This document shows, piece by piece, positions 17,599 through 27,165 of a stretch of DNA of 64,000 nucleotides; the stretch's first letter is position 1, and each line of letters opens with the position of its first letter. This DNA is from a virus (taxonomy: Duplodnaviria; Caudoviricetes), in the IMG/VR virus record IMGVR_UViG_3300030376_003987, positions 32,001 to 96,000 of that record; one strand, given 5' to 3'. The notes below the pieces were generated by a model, which saw nothing but the letters and a program-made list of their open reading frames with translations, was not told where the DNA came from and made no database searches. The translations under genes were made by a program, and so were the position numbers.

Positions 17599-18307
17599 TT
17601 TTAAAGAACACTTTCATCCATCGTGGCATGGAAAAATGAAACCATTTATAGAGAGCAATGAATGTGATGAAATATATGCATTCTTGAAGAAAGAGAGTAA
17701 GAGGGGCAAGCAGATTGCTCCTCTATCATCTCAGGTCTATAGATGTTTCAAAGAGACACCACTTGATGAAGTGAAAGCGGTGATTGTGGGCATGTGTCCG
17801 TATCACACATTTAAGAATGGATTACCTGTAGCAGATGGTCTGCTTATGGGTTGTTCTGTTACAGGGTATGTACAACCATCCCTGAAGAACTTTTATAAAG
17901 CTCTAGAAACTGAGTTTCACAGAGGGCTTAATTTAAGTTATGATCCATCCCCTGATGTAGCTTATCTAGCACAACAGGGAGTACTGATGCTTAACGTAGC
18001 GCTCACCACTGAGAAGAACAAAGCTGGTAGTCACATAGCTAATTGGGAACCTTTTACAAAGTATTTGTTTGAAGAAGTTCTCAATCCACTAGGTGTGCCA
18101 TATGTCTTTCTTGGTAAAGATGCTGGACGATACAAAAGGTATGCAGGAATATTTGGACACACATTCACAGTAAGTCACCCAGCAAGTGCTTCTTACAAAG
18201 GAGTTGATTGGGATAGTGAAGGCGTGTTTACAAAAGTAGATACATTAATTTATGAAAACAACGGATTTAGCATCAATTGGTTAAAAGATGCAGAAGATCC
18301 ATTTTAA
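17585..18307 (+). CDS. ung: Uracil-DNA glycosylase (family 1)
   Basis: VIVGMCPY (GQDPY variant), QGVLMLN, SHPAS. Confidence 0.82.
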   Translation: MKWDNFKEHFHPSWHGKMKPFIESNECDEIYAFLKKESKRGKQIAPLSSQVYRCFKETPLDEVKAVIVGMCPYHTFKNGLPVADGLLMGCSVTGYVQPSLKNFYKALETEFHRGLNLSYDPSPDVAYLAQQGVLMLNVALTTEKNKAGSHIANWEPFTKYLFEEVLNPLGVPYVFLGKDAGRYKRYAGIFGHTFTVSHPASASYKGVDWDSEGVFTKVDTLIYENNGFSINWLKDAEDPF

Positions 18308-18318
18308 AAACAGAAACA

Positions 18319-18660
18319 ATGATAAGAGGAACATTAACAGAAGATCCTGGTGTATTAGAACCAGGAGATGAGATTATTACTAACCAAGGCTCAGAGATGA
18401 GATGTTATGTAATAGAAGAAACACCACGAGTTAGTAAATTGAAAACGTGGCACAACGGTAGAACGAGATACATAGCTGTAAAGTGCAGAGCTGCTATAAC
18501 TATGAAGACAACTTCAGGTATTAATCAATGGAATAAACAACCTTGGACTAACACTTATAAAACATATGAGTTTAGAATACCTAATGAGAATGATCCAATA
18601 GTAAAAGTGGATTTAAACTGGAAACAAATATATATAATTAATAAATTTAAAAATGGATAA
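18319..18660 (+). CDS. Hypothetical protein (SH3/KOW-like), paralogue A
   Basis: LEPGDEIIT...VKVDLNWKQIYII; ATG at 18319. Confidence 0.6.
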   Translation: MIRGTLTEDPGVLEPGDEIITNQGSEMRCYVIEETPRVSKLKTWHNGRTRYIAVKCRAAITMKTTSGINQWNKQPWTNTYKTYEFRIPNENDPIVKVDLNWKQIYIINKFKNG

Positions 18661-18937
18661 CACAGTAAACAGACCGATTAACAAAGAAGATCTCCAAGTG
18701 GGAGATGAAGTGATTGTACGAGGTATAGACCTCAACTACATGCAAATTGTAAGACCTCCAAAACAAAAACAATACAAAGACTGGCAAGGAAACCCTTACA
18801 CAGGATATACATCAGCTGTATGTAATAGACTGAACAGTAAGTTTGGGAAGAAGTATAACATGGATGATAAGCAAAATGTAAGATTTGACTTTGAATATAA
18901 GTCTATCTGGTTAGTAAAACGAGAAAATAACAATTAA
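18653..18937 (+). CDS. Hypothetical protein (SH3/KOW-like), paralogue B
   Basis: LQVGDEVIV...VRFDFEYKSIWLV. Confidence 0.6.
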   Translation: MDNTVNRPINKEDLQVGDEVIVRGIDLNYMQIVRPPKQKQYKDWQGNPYTGYTSAVCNRLNSKFGKKYNMDDKQNVRFDFEYKSIWLVKRENNN

Positions 18938-18952
18938 TAAATAAGAACAGAA

Positions 18953-21238
18953 ATGAGATTAGAAAATCAAAAACAATCAAACGTCCTAGCAACAGGACCA
19001 GCTAACAAGAGTATAGGAATGTCCCTAGACTTAGATTCTGCACAAGTATTGATGCAGATGTTAAGTAAGAATCTGTATTCAGATGCAATAGGCTCTACAG
19101 TTAGAGAGTGTGCCAGTAATGCACTGGACAGTCATAGAAGAGCAGGAGTGAATAAGCCTATTGTGGTGTCTCTTGTTAGAAATGACAGTAACAATTATGA
19201 ATTCTCTGTTGAGGATTTTGGTGTTGGTTTGGACGCAGATGATGTAGAAAAGATTATCAGCAAGTATGGTAAGTCTACTAAACGTGATAGTGATACAGAG
19301 CTTGGTATGATGGGTCTTGGTTTCAAGGCCCCTCTAGCTTATGCTAGTAGCTTTTACTTCACATGTAGAAAAGATGGTGTAGAGCGTAAGTATATGATGT
19401 ATGAAGGCGAAGACACTAACACTATTGATCTAATATATGAGAAGCCAACAATGGAAGATAATGGTGTTAAGGTGATTATACCTATTAAATGGGGAGATCG
19501 CTGGGATTTTACAAACAAGATTAAAGAACAGCTAGCTTATTTTGAGCATGTGTATTTTAATGTAGATGAGGTGGATAACAACTTTGTTATTCACAGGTCC
19601 AACTTGTTTCAGTTCTCTGAACTATCTTCTGATAGCTATCTACATGTATGTCTTGATGATGTTTATTATCCACTAGACTTCAGCAAGCTTGGTATAGATA
19701 AGATAGAAATACCTGTAGGTCTAAGACTTAGTTTGACAGATAGTGTGTTTCCTACACCAAACCGTGAGGCTCTTAGATATACACCTGAGGCAAAGAAAGC
19801 TATTCTAGAAAAGATTAAACGCTTTGCTAATGTAATGACACAACGCTATAATCAGTCAGTCACTGTAAATAGTGATATATATTCTGTATTGAAGTATTAC
19901 ACAAAGAGTAGCAGATACATCAAGATGTTTGGTAAAGAGTTTGACTACAATCAACTTGCTAAATTTGCTACAGCCAAAATTGCTACACCTAAGATACCTG
20001 GTGTAAATACATTGAAATTAGATACACTACAATCATATGCGTTTGGTTCACTACTTAATAACTATAGACGTTCTTACAAGTATGAGAATGGTAGAATGTA
20101 TGAAATCAAAGCTGATAACACTTGGACAGCACGTGTTGAGTGGGATGCAAAAAATAGAAGACATTATCTTCTTAATGGTGACATGCGAGGTAATAAGAAA
20201 GCTTATCTAAGAGAGCTTGCAGAAGATCATACAGATAGATGTATATATTTTATTAAGGAGAAAGCTAAGCATAAACAGGTGACACTAAAAGGATCTCAAG
20301 GATATAAAGAGGTTCTGAAGCTTAACAACTATCCTAAGGATCAATGGAGAACTGTGATTAAAGAGTGGAAGCATATTGAAAGTCTTCTGCTTGTTGATAT
20401 TATTGATGCTGATGCTATTGAGGTGCCTCAAGACTGGTTAGATGCTAGAAAGCAAAATAAGGTGGCTAAGATGAAAGCTACTAAAGCTGCTAAAGGTGCA
20501 AAGCTTGAAGGTGATTTCAATTGTAAGAAAGCTGAAGACCTTCTTAGATATAATGATGGTAGAAACTGTAAGTTTATTGCTGGTCGTCTTAATGTTCAAA
20601 CAATAGAAGAGGGTAACACTCTTTATGTTTATACACATCATGATGACTTTATAAAGCTTGATAAGATGTATGAGGATACCAAGAAGATGGGTATTAAATA
20701 CATTACACTATCTCAACGTGAGCTTAAGATTATTGAAGATTCAGGAGAGACAGTGGATAATCTAGTATCTTATGATGATTTTATTAAAGGTCATGAGAAG
20801 TTTGTTCAGATAGTTACAGCTGTACGTATTCACAGATTCGTTACTAAGTATAGTGAGGTTTTTGATAACATAAGTTATATTAAAGACGTGTACTCTGAAC
20901 TTACAGATGATCTAAAAGAGCTTTCAGACTATCGAAAACTCTACCTATACCCTACCAAGTATAGCTATTTTGGAGATCTTGATGCTTTGGTAAAAATAGC
21001 TGAAGAGAACAAGTTGTTTAATGATGTCTTTTATGAACTACAAGAGAAGGTTCATCAAACACTAAAGACTCACTATTATTTCAATACACTTGCAAAGGTG
21101 ATGAATTATTCTCATACATCTCGTGAACTTCTAGATTGCATGGCACAACTAATGACATGTAATGGATTAGAAGTGAACGAAGACTATGAGTATAACTATC
21201 TAAAGAAAGCGCTGAAGGACAGCGAAGAAACAGAGTAA
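18953..21238 (+). CDS. rIIA: rIIA-like protein (GHKL/Hsp90-type ATPase N-terminus)
   Basis: LYSD...RECASNALDSH, EDFGVGL, GKSTK, GMMGLGFK; paired with rIIB. Confidence 0.85.
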   Translation: MRLENQKQSNVLATGPANKSIGMSLDLDSAQVLMQMLSKNLYSDAIGSTVRECASNALDSHRRAGVNKPIVVSLVRNDSNNYEFSVEDFGVGLDADDVEKIISKYGKSTKRDSDTELGMMGLGFKAPLAYASSFYFTCRKDGVERKYMMYEGEDTNTIDLIYEKPTMEDNGVKVIIPIKWGDRWDFTNKIKEQLAYFEHVYFNVDEVDNNFVIHRSNLFQFSELSSDSYLHVCLDDVYYPLDFSKLGIDKIEIPVGLRLSLTDSVFPTPNREALRYTPEAKKAILEKIKRFANVMTQRYNQSVTVNSDIYSVLKYYTKSSRYIKMFGKEFDYNQLAKFATAKIATPKIPGVNTLKLDTLQSYAFGSLLNNYRRSYKYENGRMYEIKADNTWTARVEWDAKNRRHYLLNGDMRGNKKAYLRELAEDHTDRCIYFIKEKAKHKQVTLKGSQGYKEVLKLNNYPKDQWRTVIKEWKHIESLLLVDIIDADAIEVPQDWLDARKQNKVAKMKATKAAKGAKLEGDFNCKKAEDLLRYNDGRNCKFIAGRLNVQTIEEGNTLYVYTHHDDFIKLDKMYEDTKKMGIKYITLSQRELKIIEDSGETVDNLVSYDDFIKGHEKFVQIVTAVRIHRFVTKYSEVFDNISYIKDVYSELTDDLKELSDYRKLYLYPTKYSYFGDLDALVKIAEENKLFNDVFYELQEKVHQTLKTHYYFNTLAKVMNYSHTSRELLDCMAQLMTCNGLEVNEDYEYNYLKKALKDSEETE

Positions 21239-21243
21239 TCATG

Positions 21244-21275
21244 TGGGAGATTGTTTGACAGTCTCCCATATTTTT
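21244..21275 (+). terminator. Hairpin / terminator between rIIA and rIIB
   Basis: tgggaga...tctccca stem plus T-run. Confidence 0.55.
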
Positions 21276-21307
21276 CGTATATTAATAAATAAATAATAAT
21301 TAAAAAC

Positions 21308-22822
21308 ATGAGTAAATTTCTAAGTTTAGAATGGTTCAAAAACAAAGTGGACCATTCAGTTGAGAAGGTAATTGAGAAGAAACTTAATACCTTAATGAAT
21401 GAACAAGATGAAGCTGCTGGACAGCCTTATCAAAGCGCTAAGTTGGTTAACGATGTGCTAACTATTGTAATGAACGATGGTTCTGTAATTACCAAAATGG
21501 ATGCTACAGAAGATCATTATGTAGCTGTACAAGTGGCAAAGAATGTAGCAGACTTATATTCTATTGTTAGTGACCCTAGTGTTGTTAGTGAGAAAATTGA
21601 AGAAGAAAAGAAACTTGCAAGACTTAAAGCTCTTCGTGAGGGACTATCTGTTCTTAAAGAGAGTGGTGAATTCACAGTGGATGGAGATAGTGTATACTTC
21701 AAGGGTATATCTAGATCTCTACCACAGCTATTAGTTGAAGAACTTATTGATGAGGTGAGTCGTGCTAAAGAACTTGGTATCCCATTGAAAGATTCTGATG
21801 GATATCAGTCTCTTAAACGTTTCTTTATGTGGTGTGCACTTAATCCAAGAGCTGAGGTAGCACATGAGCTATACAGATTCTTGAAAGAGAATAGTTTTCG
21901 TATCACTAAGCAAGGATTCTTTGTAGCACTACGTAATGTTGTTACACTACATGGAAGCCCAGAGCTTGTACACTTTATCTCTAACACTTATAACAAGGTG
22001 AAAGCTGTGTGGAAGAAGAGTCCAGATGACTATAGTGTGTTTCTAGAAAATGGTGAGTACAAGCTTATACATGAGGATAAGCTACACCGTGAAGAAACAT
22101 ATACAACTACAGTGTGTCCACAATGTGATGGAGAAGGTGGTTACTATGATGATGGTGATTATTATGAAGATGAAGATGAATGGAATGAAGGAGAGTGGAT
22201 AGAATGTGATGCATGTGATGGTACAGGTGAGGTAGAACCTTATGAAGTAACACACATTGTGCCAGTGGACCATGGAGAACTAATAGGTAAACTTACAGAT
22301 CTCTATCTAGACTTACCTAACAGACATGAGAATCGTTTCACAGATGATTGGACTAAAACATTTGACATACGTGTAGGTAAGGTGGTTAATATGCCTAAAG
22401 AACAATGTAACTGGTCAACACAAGATTGTGCTGCAGCTGGTTTACACTTTACTTCTGATCAAATACATTATGTAGGATGTGGTGATCAGTCTGTACTTGT
22501 TCTTATCAATCCTATGAAGGTGGTTGGTATTGGTACACACAAGGGTAGATGTTATGAATATCTACCAATCATGACTGTACCAAGAGATGAGGCTACAGAG
22601 ATTCTTCATGACAATCAGTTTGATACTCTACAGCTTGATGAAGAGTATGCAATCCGTGAACTTGAGGATCTTGAGATTAAGGTTCAGGAAGGATTTGTAG
22701 CTGAAAGTTCTAAGTATGAATTCAATTTACCAAATGTTAGTAGTACTGACATACGTAATATTGTAGGAGGTTTAGAAGATATGAAGGCTGAGATACGAGA
22801 CAGAGTTGTATCACTAGATTAA
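21308..22822 (+). CDS. rIIB: rIIB-like protein with an inserted DnaJ-type Zn finger
   Basis: NP...ELYRFL...ITKQGFFVALR, CAAAGLH, INPMKVV, KGRCYEY; CPQCDGEG/CDACDGTG insert. Confidence 0.8.
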   Translation: MSKFLSLEWFKNKVDHSVEKVIEKKLNTLMNEQDEAAGQPYQSAKLVNDVLTIVMNDGSVITKMDATEDHYVAVQVAKNVADLYSIVSDPSVVSEKIEEEKKLARLKALREGLSVLKESGEFTVDGDSVYFKGISRSLPQLLVEELIDEVSRAKELGIPLKDSDGYQSLKRFFMWCALNPRAEVAHELYRFLKENSFRITKQGFFVALRNVVTLHGSPELVHFISNTYNKVKAVWKKSPDDYSVFLENGEYKLIHEDKLHREETYTTTVCPQCDGEGGYYDDGDYYEDEDEWNEGEWIECDACDGTGEVEPYEVTHIVPVDHGELIGKLTDLYLDLPNRHENRFTDDWTKTFDIRVGKVVNMPKEQCNWSTQDCAAAGLHFTSDQIHYVGCGDQSVLVLINPMKVVGIGTHKGRCYEYLPIMTVPRDEATEILHDNQFDTLQLDEEYAIRELEDLEIKVQEGFVAESSKYEFNLPNVSSTDIRNIVGGLEDMKAEIRDRVVSLD

Positions 22823-22829
22823 TAAATTA

Positions 22830-22866
22830 GGGGATAACATTTATTTAAGTTATATTTGTTATCCCT
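22830..22866 (+). promoter_or_regulatory. -7 box TATATTTG inside an inverted repeat
   Basis: gggataaca/tgttatccc 9-bp arms; tatatttg at 22851-22858. Confidence 0.55.
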
Positions 22867-22880
22867 TTAATTTTAAAATT

Positions 22881-23282
22881 ATGGCAAAAAAATCAACAAG
22901 AAAACCAAGAGTGCCTCGTACCAGAAATGCTGGAACAATGACAGAATCAATGTTCTGGTCTATGATTAGAAGTGCATTAAGACAGAAAAGTAGATGGTGG
23001 AAACCAATCGGTGAATGTAAGAAGTTAGCAAGAAGAGCTTACAAAGGAAAGAACAAAAGACAGAAGTGGGAATATCTATGCAATAAATGTAAGAAGTGGT
23101 ATAAAAGTGATCAAGTTAATGTTGATCATATTGAACCTGCAGGCAGTTTAAATTGCTCAAATGATCTTCCGTCCTTTGTAGATACTCTATTTTGTGAACA
23201 AGATAACTTACAGGTTCTCTGTAAAACATGCCATGATCAAAAAACAAAATTAGAAAAACAATTAAAACAATTTAAGAAATGA
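22881..23282 (+). CDS. HNH endonuclease
   Basis: CNKC...VDHIEP...NLQVLCKTCHDQKT. Confidence 0.85.
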   Translation: MAKKSTRKPRVPRTRNAGTMTESMFWSMIRSALRQKSRWWKPIGECKKLARRAYKGKNKRQKWEYLCNKCKKWYKSDQVNVDHIEPAGSLNCSNDLPSFVDTLFCEQDNLQVLCKTCHDQKTKLEKQLKQFKK

Positions 23283-23518
23283 AACATTTTATGAATAATG
23301 CTATTGAGTATTTTAAAACGCCTGAACATTATGAAAATGGAAAAGAGTATGATATTATAGACGTGTGTAACGATTACTCTCTTTCGTTTAACAGAGGTAA
23401 TGTTATAAAATATATAGCTAGAGCAGGAAAGAAAGAGAACGAGCTAAAGGATTTACATAAAGCTTTAGATTATTTACAGAGAGAAATTGAGTACGTTAAA
23501 TCAAGAGGGAAGTTATGA
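23279..23518 (+). CDS. DUF3310 family protein
   Basis: PEHY...FNRGNVIKYIARAGKK...DLHKALDYL. Confidence 0.8.
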   Translation: MKHFMNNAIEYFKTPEHYENGKEYDIIDVCNDYSLSFNRGNVIKYIARAGKKENELKDLHKALDYLQREIEYVKSRGKL

Positions 23519-24357
23519 TAAAGGGAGTTAAAGCAACAACTGTTCAAGAGGATCTTGATATAGTTGTAAGAGAAGTTAAGAACTGCCCCACTGAGTATGA
23601 CAAGACAGAAAGAGTATTACTGATAGATGCTGATAGCATTATGTATTTTGCTACACACTTTCCTGAAGAATCTTTGATGGATTTTCCAACAGAAGAAGAT
23701 AGAATTGAAGAAGCTAAGTATAGAACTAGAACTAAGTTAGAAGAAATTCACAATAACATAGAAGAGTTTTACAATATACGAGAGACTTTTATCTTTATAG
23801 GAGGTCGTGGGAACTTTAGATACAAACTTTATCCTGACTACAAATCAAATCGAAAAGAGAAGAATCCACTGATTCCAATCATTGCAGATTATATGTTAGA
23901 TGAATTACATGCTATACCTTCTCAAGGAGCAGAAGCTGATGACTATGTATATGATAGTTATGTATTGAGCGAAGGTAATTGTGTTGTAGCAGCTATAGAT
24001 AAAGATGTACTTTATAATTGTCCTGATGTACCATTCTATAATTATAGAAGTTATGGAGACACTCTAGGAGAGTTTAAGTATATATCTAAAGAAGAAAGTA
24101 GACTAGCTATAGCTTCTCAAGTTGTTATAGGAGATAGTGGTGATGGTATACCTGGAGCATATAAAGTAGGAAAAGCCTGGTGTAGAGATAACATGCACCT
24201 TGGTATGACAGACTACCAGTTCACTAAGGCTATATTTATAGCATATTTGAAAGCAAGTGGTGGTAATGCCAAGATGGCAAAAGAACAAGCGAGGTTATAC
24301 TATAGTGTACTAAAATTATATACACATAAAGAATTAAAAAATGTAAATGAAAACTAA
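23515..24357 (+). CDS. 5'-3' exonuclease (T7 gp6 / RNase H-like)
   Basis: LIDADS, NFRY...YKSNR, EADD, DKD, GDSGDGIPG. Confidence 0.85.
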   Translation: MIKGVKATTVQEDLDIVVREVKNCPTEYDKTERVLLIDADSIMYFATHFPEESLMDFPTEEDRIEEAKYRTRTKLEEIHNNIEEFYNIRETFIFIGGRGNFRYKLYPDYKSNRKEKNPLIPIIADYMLDELHAIPSQGAEADDYVYDSYVLSEGNCVVAAIDKDVLYNCPDVPFYNYRSYGDTLGEFKYISKEESRLAIASQVVIGDSGDGIPGAYKVGKAWCRDNMHLGMTDYQFTKAIFIAYLKASGGNAKMAKEQARLYYSVLKLYTHKELKNVNEN

Positions 24358-24913
24358 AAAAACAATAACAAGTATATTTATGGTGCCAACTCTAATGGTT
24401 CCAAAGAACGCATTGAAACAGAATGGGTTCATAAATGCTTATTTAGATGATGTAGATCGAGATTTTAAATATGATAATGTTATTTATGTCTTATTCTTAC
24501 CTACTGATTTGGCAAAATTTAGAGAGTTCCTCGATGGAGAATATGAGCGTACCACCTCTATCATCGAGGATTATGATTACGAAGGTGGTTTTGTTGTGTT
24601 AGTATATAAACTTAATGAAGCTTTTGATATAGACTTTTATTTAATTAGACAAGGTAGATATTCTGAAACAAGTGATAAATTTCAAAAGATATTTCCAAAG
24701 GTTGTAAAGATTAGAAAAAATGGTTTACATAGAGATGAGATTAGTCTTCAATACAGAGTGTTTAATAAAACAGATGACATGATAGAGTATTGGGAAGATA
24801 AACTCGGTATAGAGTGGGATGATAGTCTTGAAGTATGGGAAGGTTTTGATGAAAGTAAAGAGATACTTGACATAAACAAACTAAAAAAAAGTGTTGAATT
24901 AACAAAAAAATAA
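24347..24913 (+). CDS. Conserved crAss-like hypothetical protein
   Basis: 188 aa; GFINAYL...GRYSETS. Confidence 0.65.
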   Translation: MKTKKTITSIFMVPTLMVPKNALKQNGFINAYLDDVDRDFKYDNVIYVLFLPTDLAKFREFLDGEYERTTSIIEDYDYEGGFVVLVYKLNEAFDIDFYLIRQGRYSETSDKFQKIFPKVVKIRKNGLHRDEISLQYRVFNKTDDMIEYWEDKLGIEWDDSLEVWEGFDESKEILDINKLKKSVELTKK

Positions 24914-24915
24914 TT

Positions 24916-25314
24916 ATGGATGCAGAAAAACTAATGAATGAAAATCCTCTTACAAAAGCTAAACTAAAAGAGTGGTTTTTAGATAAACTTATGGCTTCAG
25001 CAAATGAGTTCAAAGAAGATGATTCTTTTAAAGAATTTATGATTAAGTCTGGTATTACAGATGATCAAATAACAACAGTATTTAAAGAGGGAGGTAGAGC
25101 CAGTTTAGATATGTTTGATGAGAATGATGTAGTAGTAAACATAATACATGACTGGAAGACAAAGAAGTTCTCTTATCGTATAAATGATGAGAAACAGACT
25201 GGTAAATACTCCTTAAGAAAAGAAGCAGAGAAGCATGCAATGTGGAAAGCTGTAAGTATTCTTGAGGAAAAATTAACTGAAAACAAAGAAACAGATGACA
25301 ACCCAGAGAATTAA
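24916..25314 (+). CDS. Hypothetical protein
   Basis: 132-aa ORF in operon. Confidence 0.65.
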   Translation: MDAEKLMNENPLTKAKLKEWFLDKLMASANEFKEDDSFKEFMIKSGITDDQITTVFKEGGRASLDMFDENDVVVNIIHDWKTKKFSYRINDEKQTGKYSLRKEAEKHAMWKAVSILEEKLTENKETDDNPEN

Positions 25315-25681
25315 AGAGTTAGTAGAAGATTACTTTAATCTAGATCTATCAGAGAAGACGAGAAAGAGGAATATAGTTCACATTAGATTCTTATATTATA
25401 ACTTAGCTTATAACCATGCATCAGATGGTATGAGTCTAACTGCTGTAGGTAAAACTATTGGTGGTTTTGATCATGCTACTGTGTTATATGGGCTTAGACA
25501 ATACAAGAACTTATATGAATTCGATAGAGCTTTTAGAAATAGAATCAATCCATTTCTTAATGAAGTGGAGGAAGAACTTAATAAAAGTAGTATCGAAGGC
25601 AAGAGAACTATACATAGACAAATAAGGAGAATGAAGGAAAGAATCTTTCAGATGGAGAAACAATTAGAAGAAATATCTTAA
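25295..25681 (+). CDS. Stand-alone DnaA C-terminal (domain IV) HTH protein
   Basis: MSLTAVGKTIGGFDHATVLYG resembles the DnaA SLxxIGxxFGGRDHTTVxH signature. Confidence 0.75.
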   Translation: MTTQRIKELVEDYFNLDLSEKTRKRNIVHIRFLYYNLAYNHASDGMSLTAVGKTIGGFDHATVLYGLRQYKNLYEFDRAFRNRINPFLNEVEEELNKSSIEGKRTIHRQIRRMKERIFQMEKQLEEIS

Positions 25682-25696
25682 ATTTTACAAATAATT

Positions 25697-25861
25697 ATGA
25701 GAACAATTGGAAAAATTATAGTAGATTTGCTTTCCAGCAATCACATTTCAGCTGAGGAAGCTGAATTAATGATCACCCACCTTTCAGAGAATAAGAGACC
25801 TTCAGGCCATCAACCTGGATGGACTTCTAGTCCCTATTGGTATCAAACAACCACATTATGA
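25697..25861 (+). CDS. 54-aa hypothetical protein
   Basis: MRTIGKIIVDLLSSNHISAEEAELMI...; ATGA overlap with the next gene. Confidence 0.55.
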   Translation: MRTIGKIIVDLLSSNHISAEEAELMITHLSENKRPSGHQPGWTSSPYWYQTTTL

Positions 25862-26187
25862 GAACAGCAAAACAATTTAATCAGACATATGAATTAGTTT
25901 GCACTGGAGAAGGACTTACAATAGAAGTGCCTTCTGTAGTACAGTTCTTAAACTTAGCGTTCATAGACTTCTTGAGGATAGAAGGATTTGAATACAAAGA
26001 AATATCAACAATTCGTGGAATACCTAGAGTTGATACTAATCTTCCAGACATTATGCCTTATGTAGGTAGAGTAATTCAATCAGAGTTGGAAGAAAAGATA
26101 TCTCTCATGTTAAAGGTTGAGTTTGAAATCGAAGAAAGGTTAAGATCTATAAACTTAGACAAAAACGGTAACCCATTAACACTATGA
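25858..26187 (+). CDS. Hypothetical protein
   Basis: ORF track 25837..26187; ATG at 25858. Confidence 0.6.
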   Translation: MRTAKQFNQTYELVCTGEGLTIEVPSVVQFLNLAFIDFLRIEGFEYKEISTIRGIPRVDTNLPDIMPYVGRVIQSELEEKISLMLKVEFEIEERLRSINLDKNGNPLTL

Positions 26188-27164
26188 ACAAAAACATTTT
26201 TATACCAAGGGTCAATATTCTCCCATATGAATATCCACAATTACTAGACTACAAAGATGCTATCAGACATTCCTACTGGATAGATACAGAATTCAACTTT
26301 ACAGAAGACATACAAGACTTCAAGGTAACCATCTCTGATGAAGAGCGTGATGTTATCAAGAAGACTATGCTTGCTATTGCACAAATAGAAGTCAATGTAA
26401 AAACATTCTGGGCTGATATGTATAAACGTATGCCTATTACAGAGATTGGGGATGTAGGGATGACATTTGCTGAGTCAGAGGTAAGACACAAAGATGCATA
26501 TGCTAGACTATTGAGAATACTTGGCCTTGAGAAAGAGTTTCAAAGTGTTATAGAGGTTCCAGCTATAGAGGGTAGGCTTAAGTACTTGAAGAAGTATTTA
26601 GATGGCACAAGATCTAGAGACAATAAGATGTATACTAAGTCTGTATTACTATTCTCTTTGTTTATAGAGCATGTAAGTTTATTTAGTCAGTTTCTTATAA
26701 TGATGAGCTTTAACAAAGAAAGAAATGTACTGAAAGGTATATCTAATGTTGTTGAAGCCACCAGTAAAGAAGAGGAGATACACGGTAACTTTGGTGCTGA
26801 GATTATTAATATTATCAAGAAAGAAAACCCTGAGTGGTTTGATGATGAGTTTGAAAACTTAATATATTCAGCATGTAAGAAAGCTTACAAAGCTGAGTGT
26901 GATATACTAGATTGGATCTTTGAAAAAGGAGAGCTTAACTTTCTACCGAAAGAAACAATCCAACACTTTATCATGAACCGATTCAATAATTCTTTGAAGA
27001 AGATTGGAATGAAACCAATATTTGATGTAGATAAAGAACTAATTACATCAACAAAATGGTTTGATATAGAAATCACTGCTACTAAAGAAGGAGACTTCTT
27101 TTATAAAAAGCAAGTAGATTATAATAAAAAGAGTAAGAGTATAACTGTAGACGATTTATTTTAA
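26184..27164 (+). CDS. nrdB: Ribonucleotide reductase class I beta subunit
   Basis: SEVRHKDAY, EHVSLFSQF, EEEIH, DFF. Confidence 0.9.
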   Translation: MNKNIFIPRVNILPYEYPQLLDYKDAIRHSYWIDTEFNFTEDIQDFKVTISDEERDVIKKTMLAIAQIEVNVKTFWADMYKRMPITEIGDVGMTFAESEVRHKDAYARLLRILGLEKEFQSVIEVPAIEGRLKYLKKYLDGTRSRDNKMYTKSVLLFSLFIEHVSLFSQFLIMMSFNKERNVLKGISNVVEATSKEEEIHGNFGAEIINIIKKENPEWFDDEFENLIYSACKKAYKAECDILDWIFEKGELNFLPKETIQHFIMNRFNNSLKKIGMKPIFDVDKELITSTKWFDIEITATKEGDFFYKKQVDYNKKSKSITVDDLF

Positions 27165-27165
27165 A

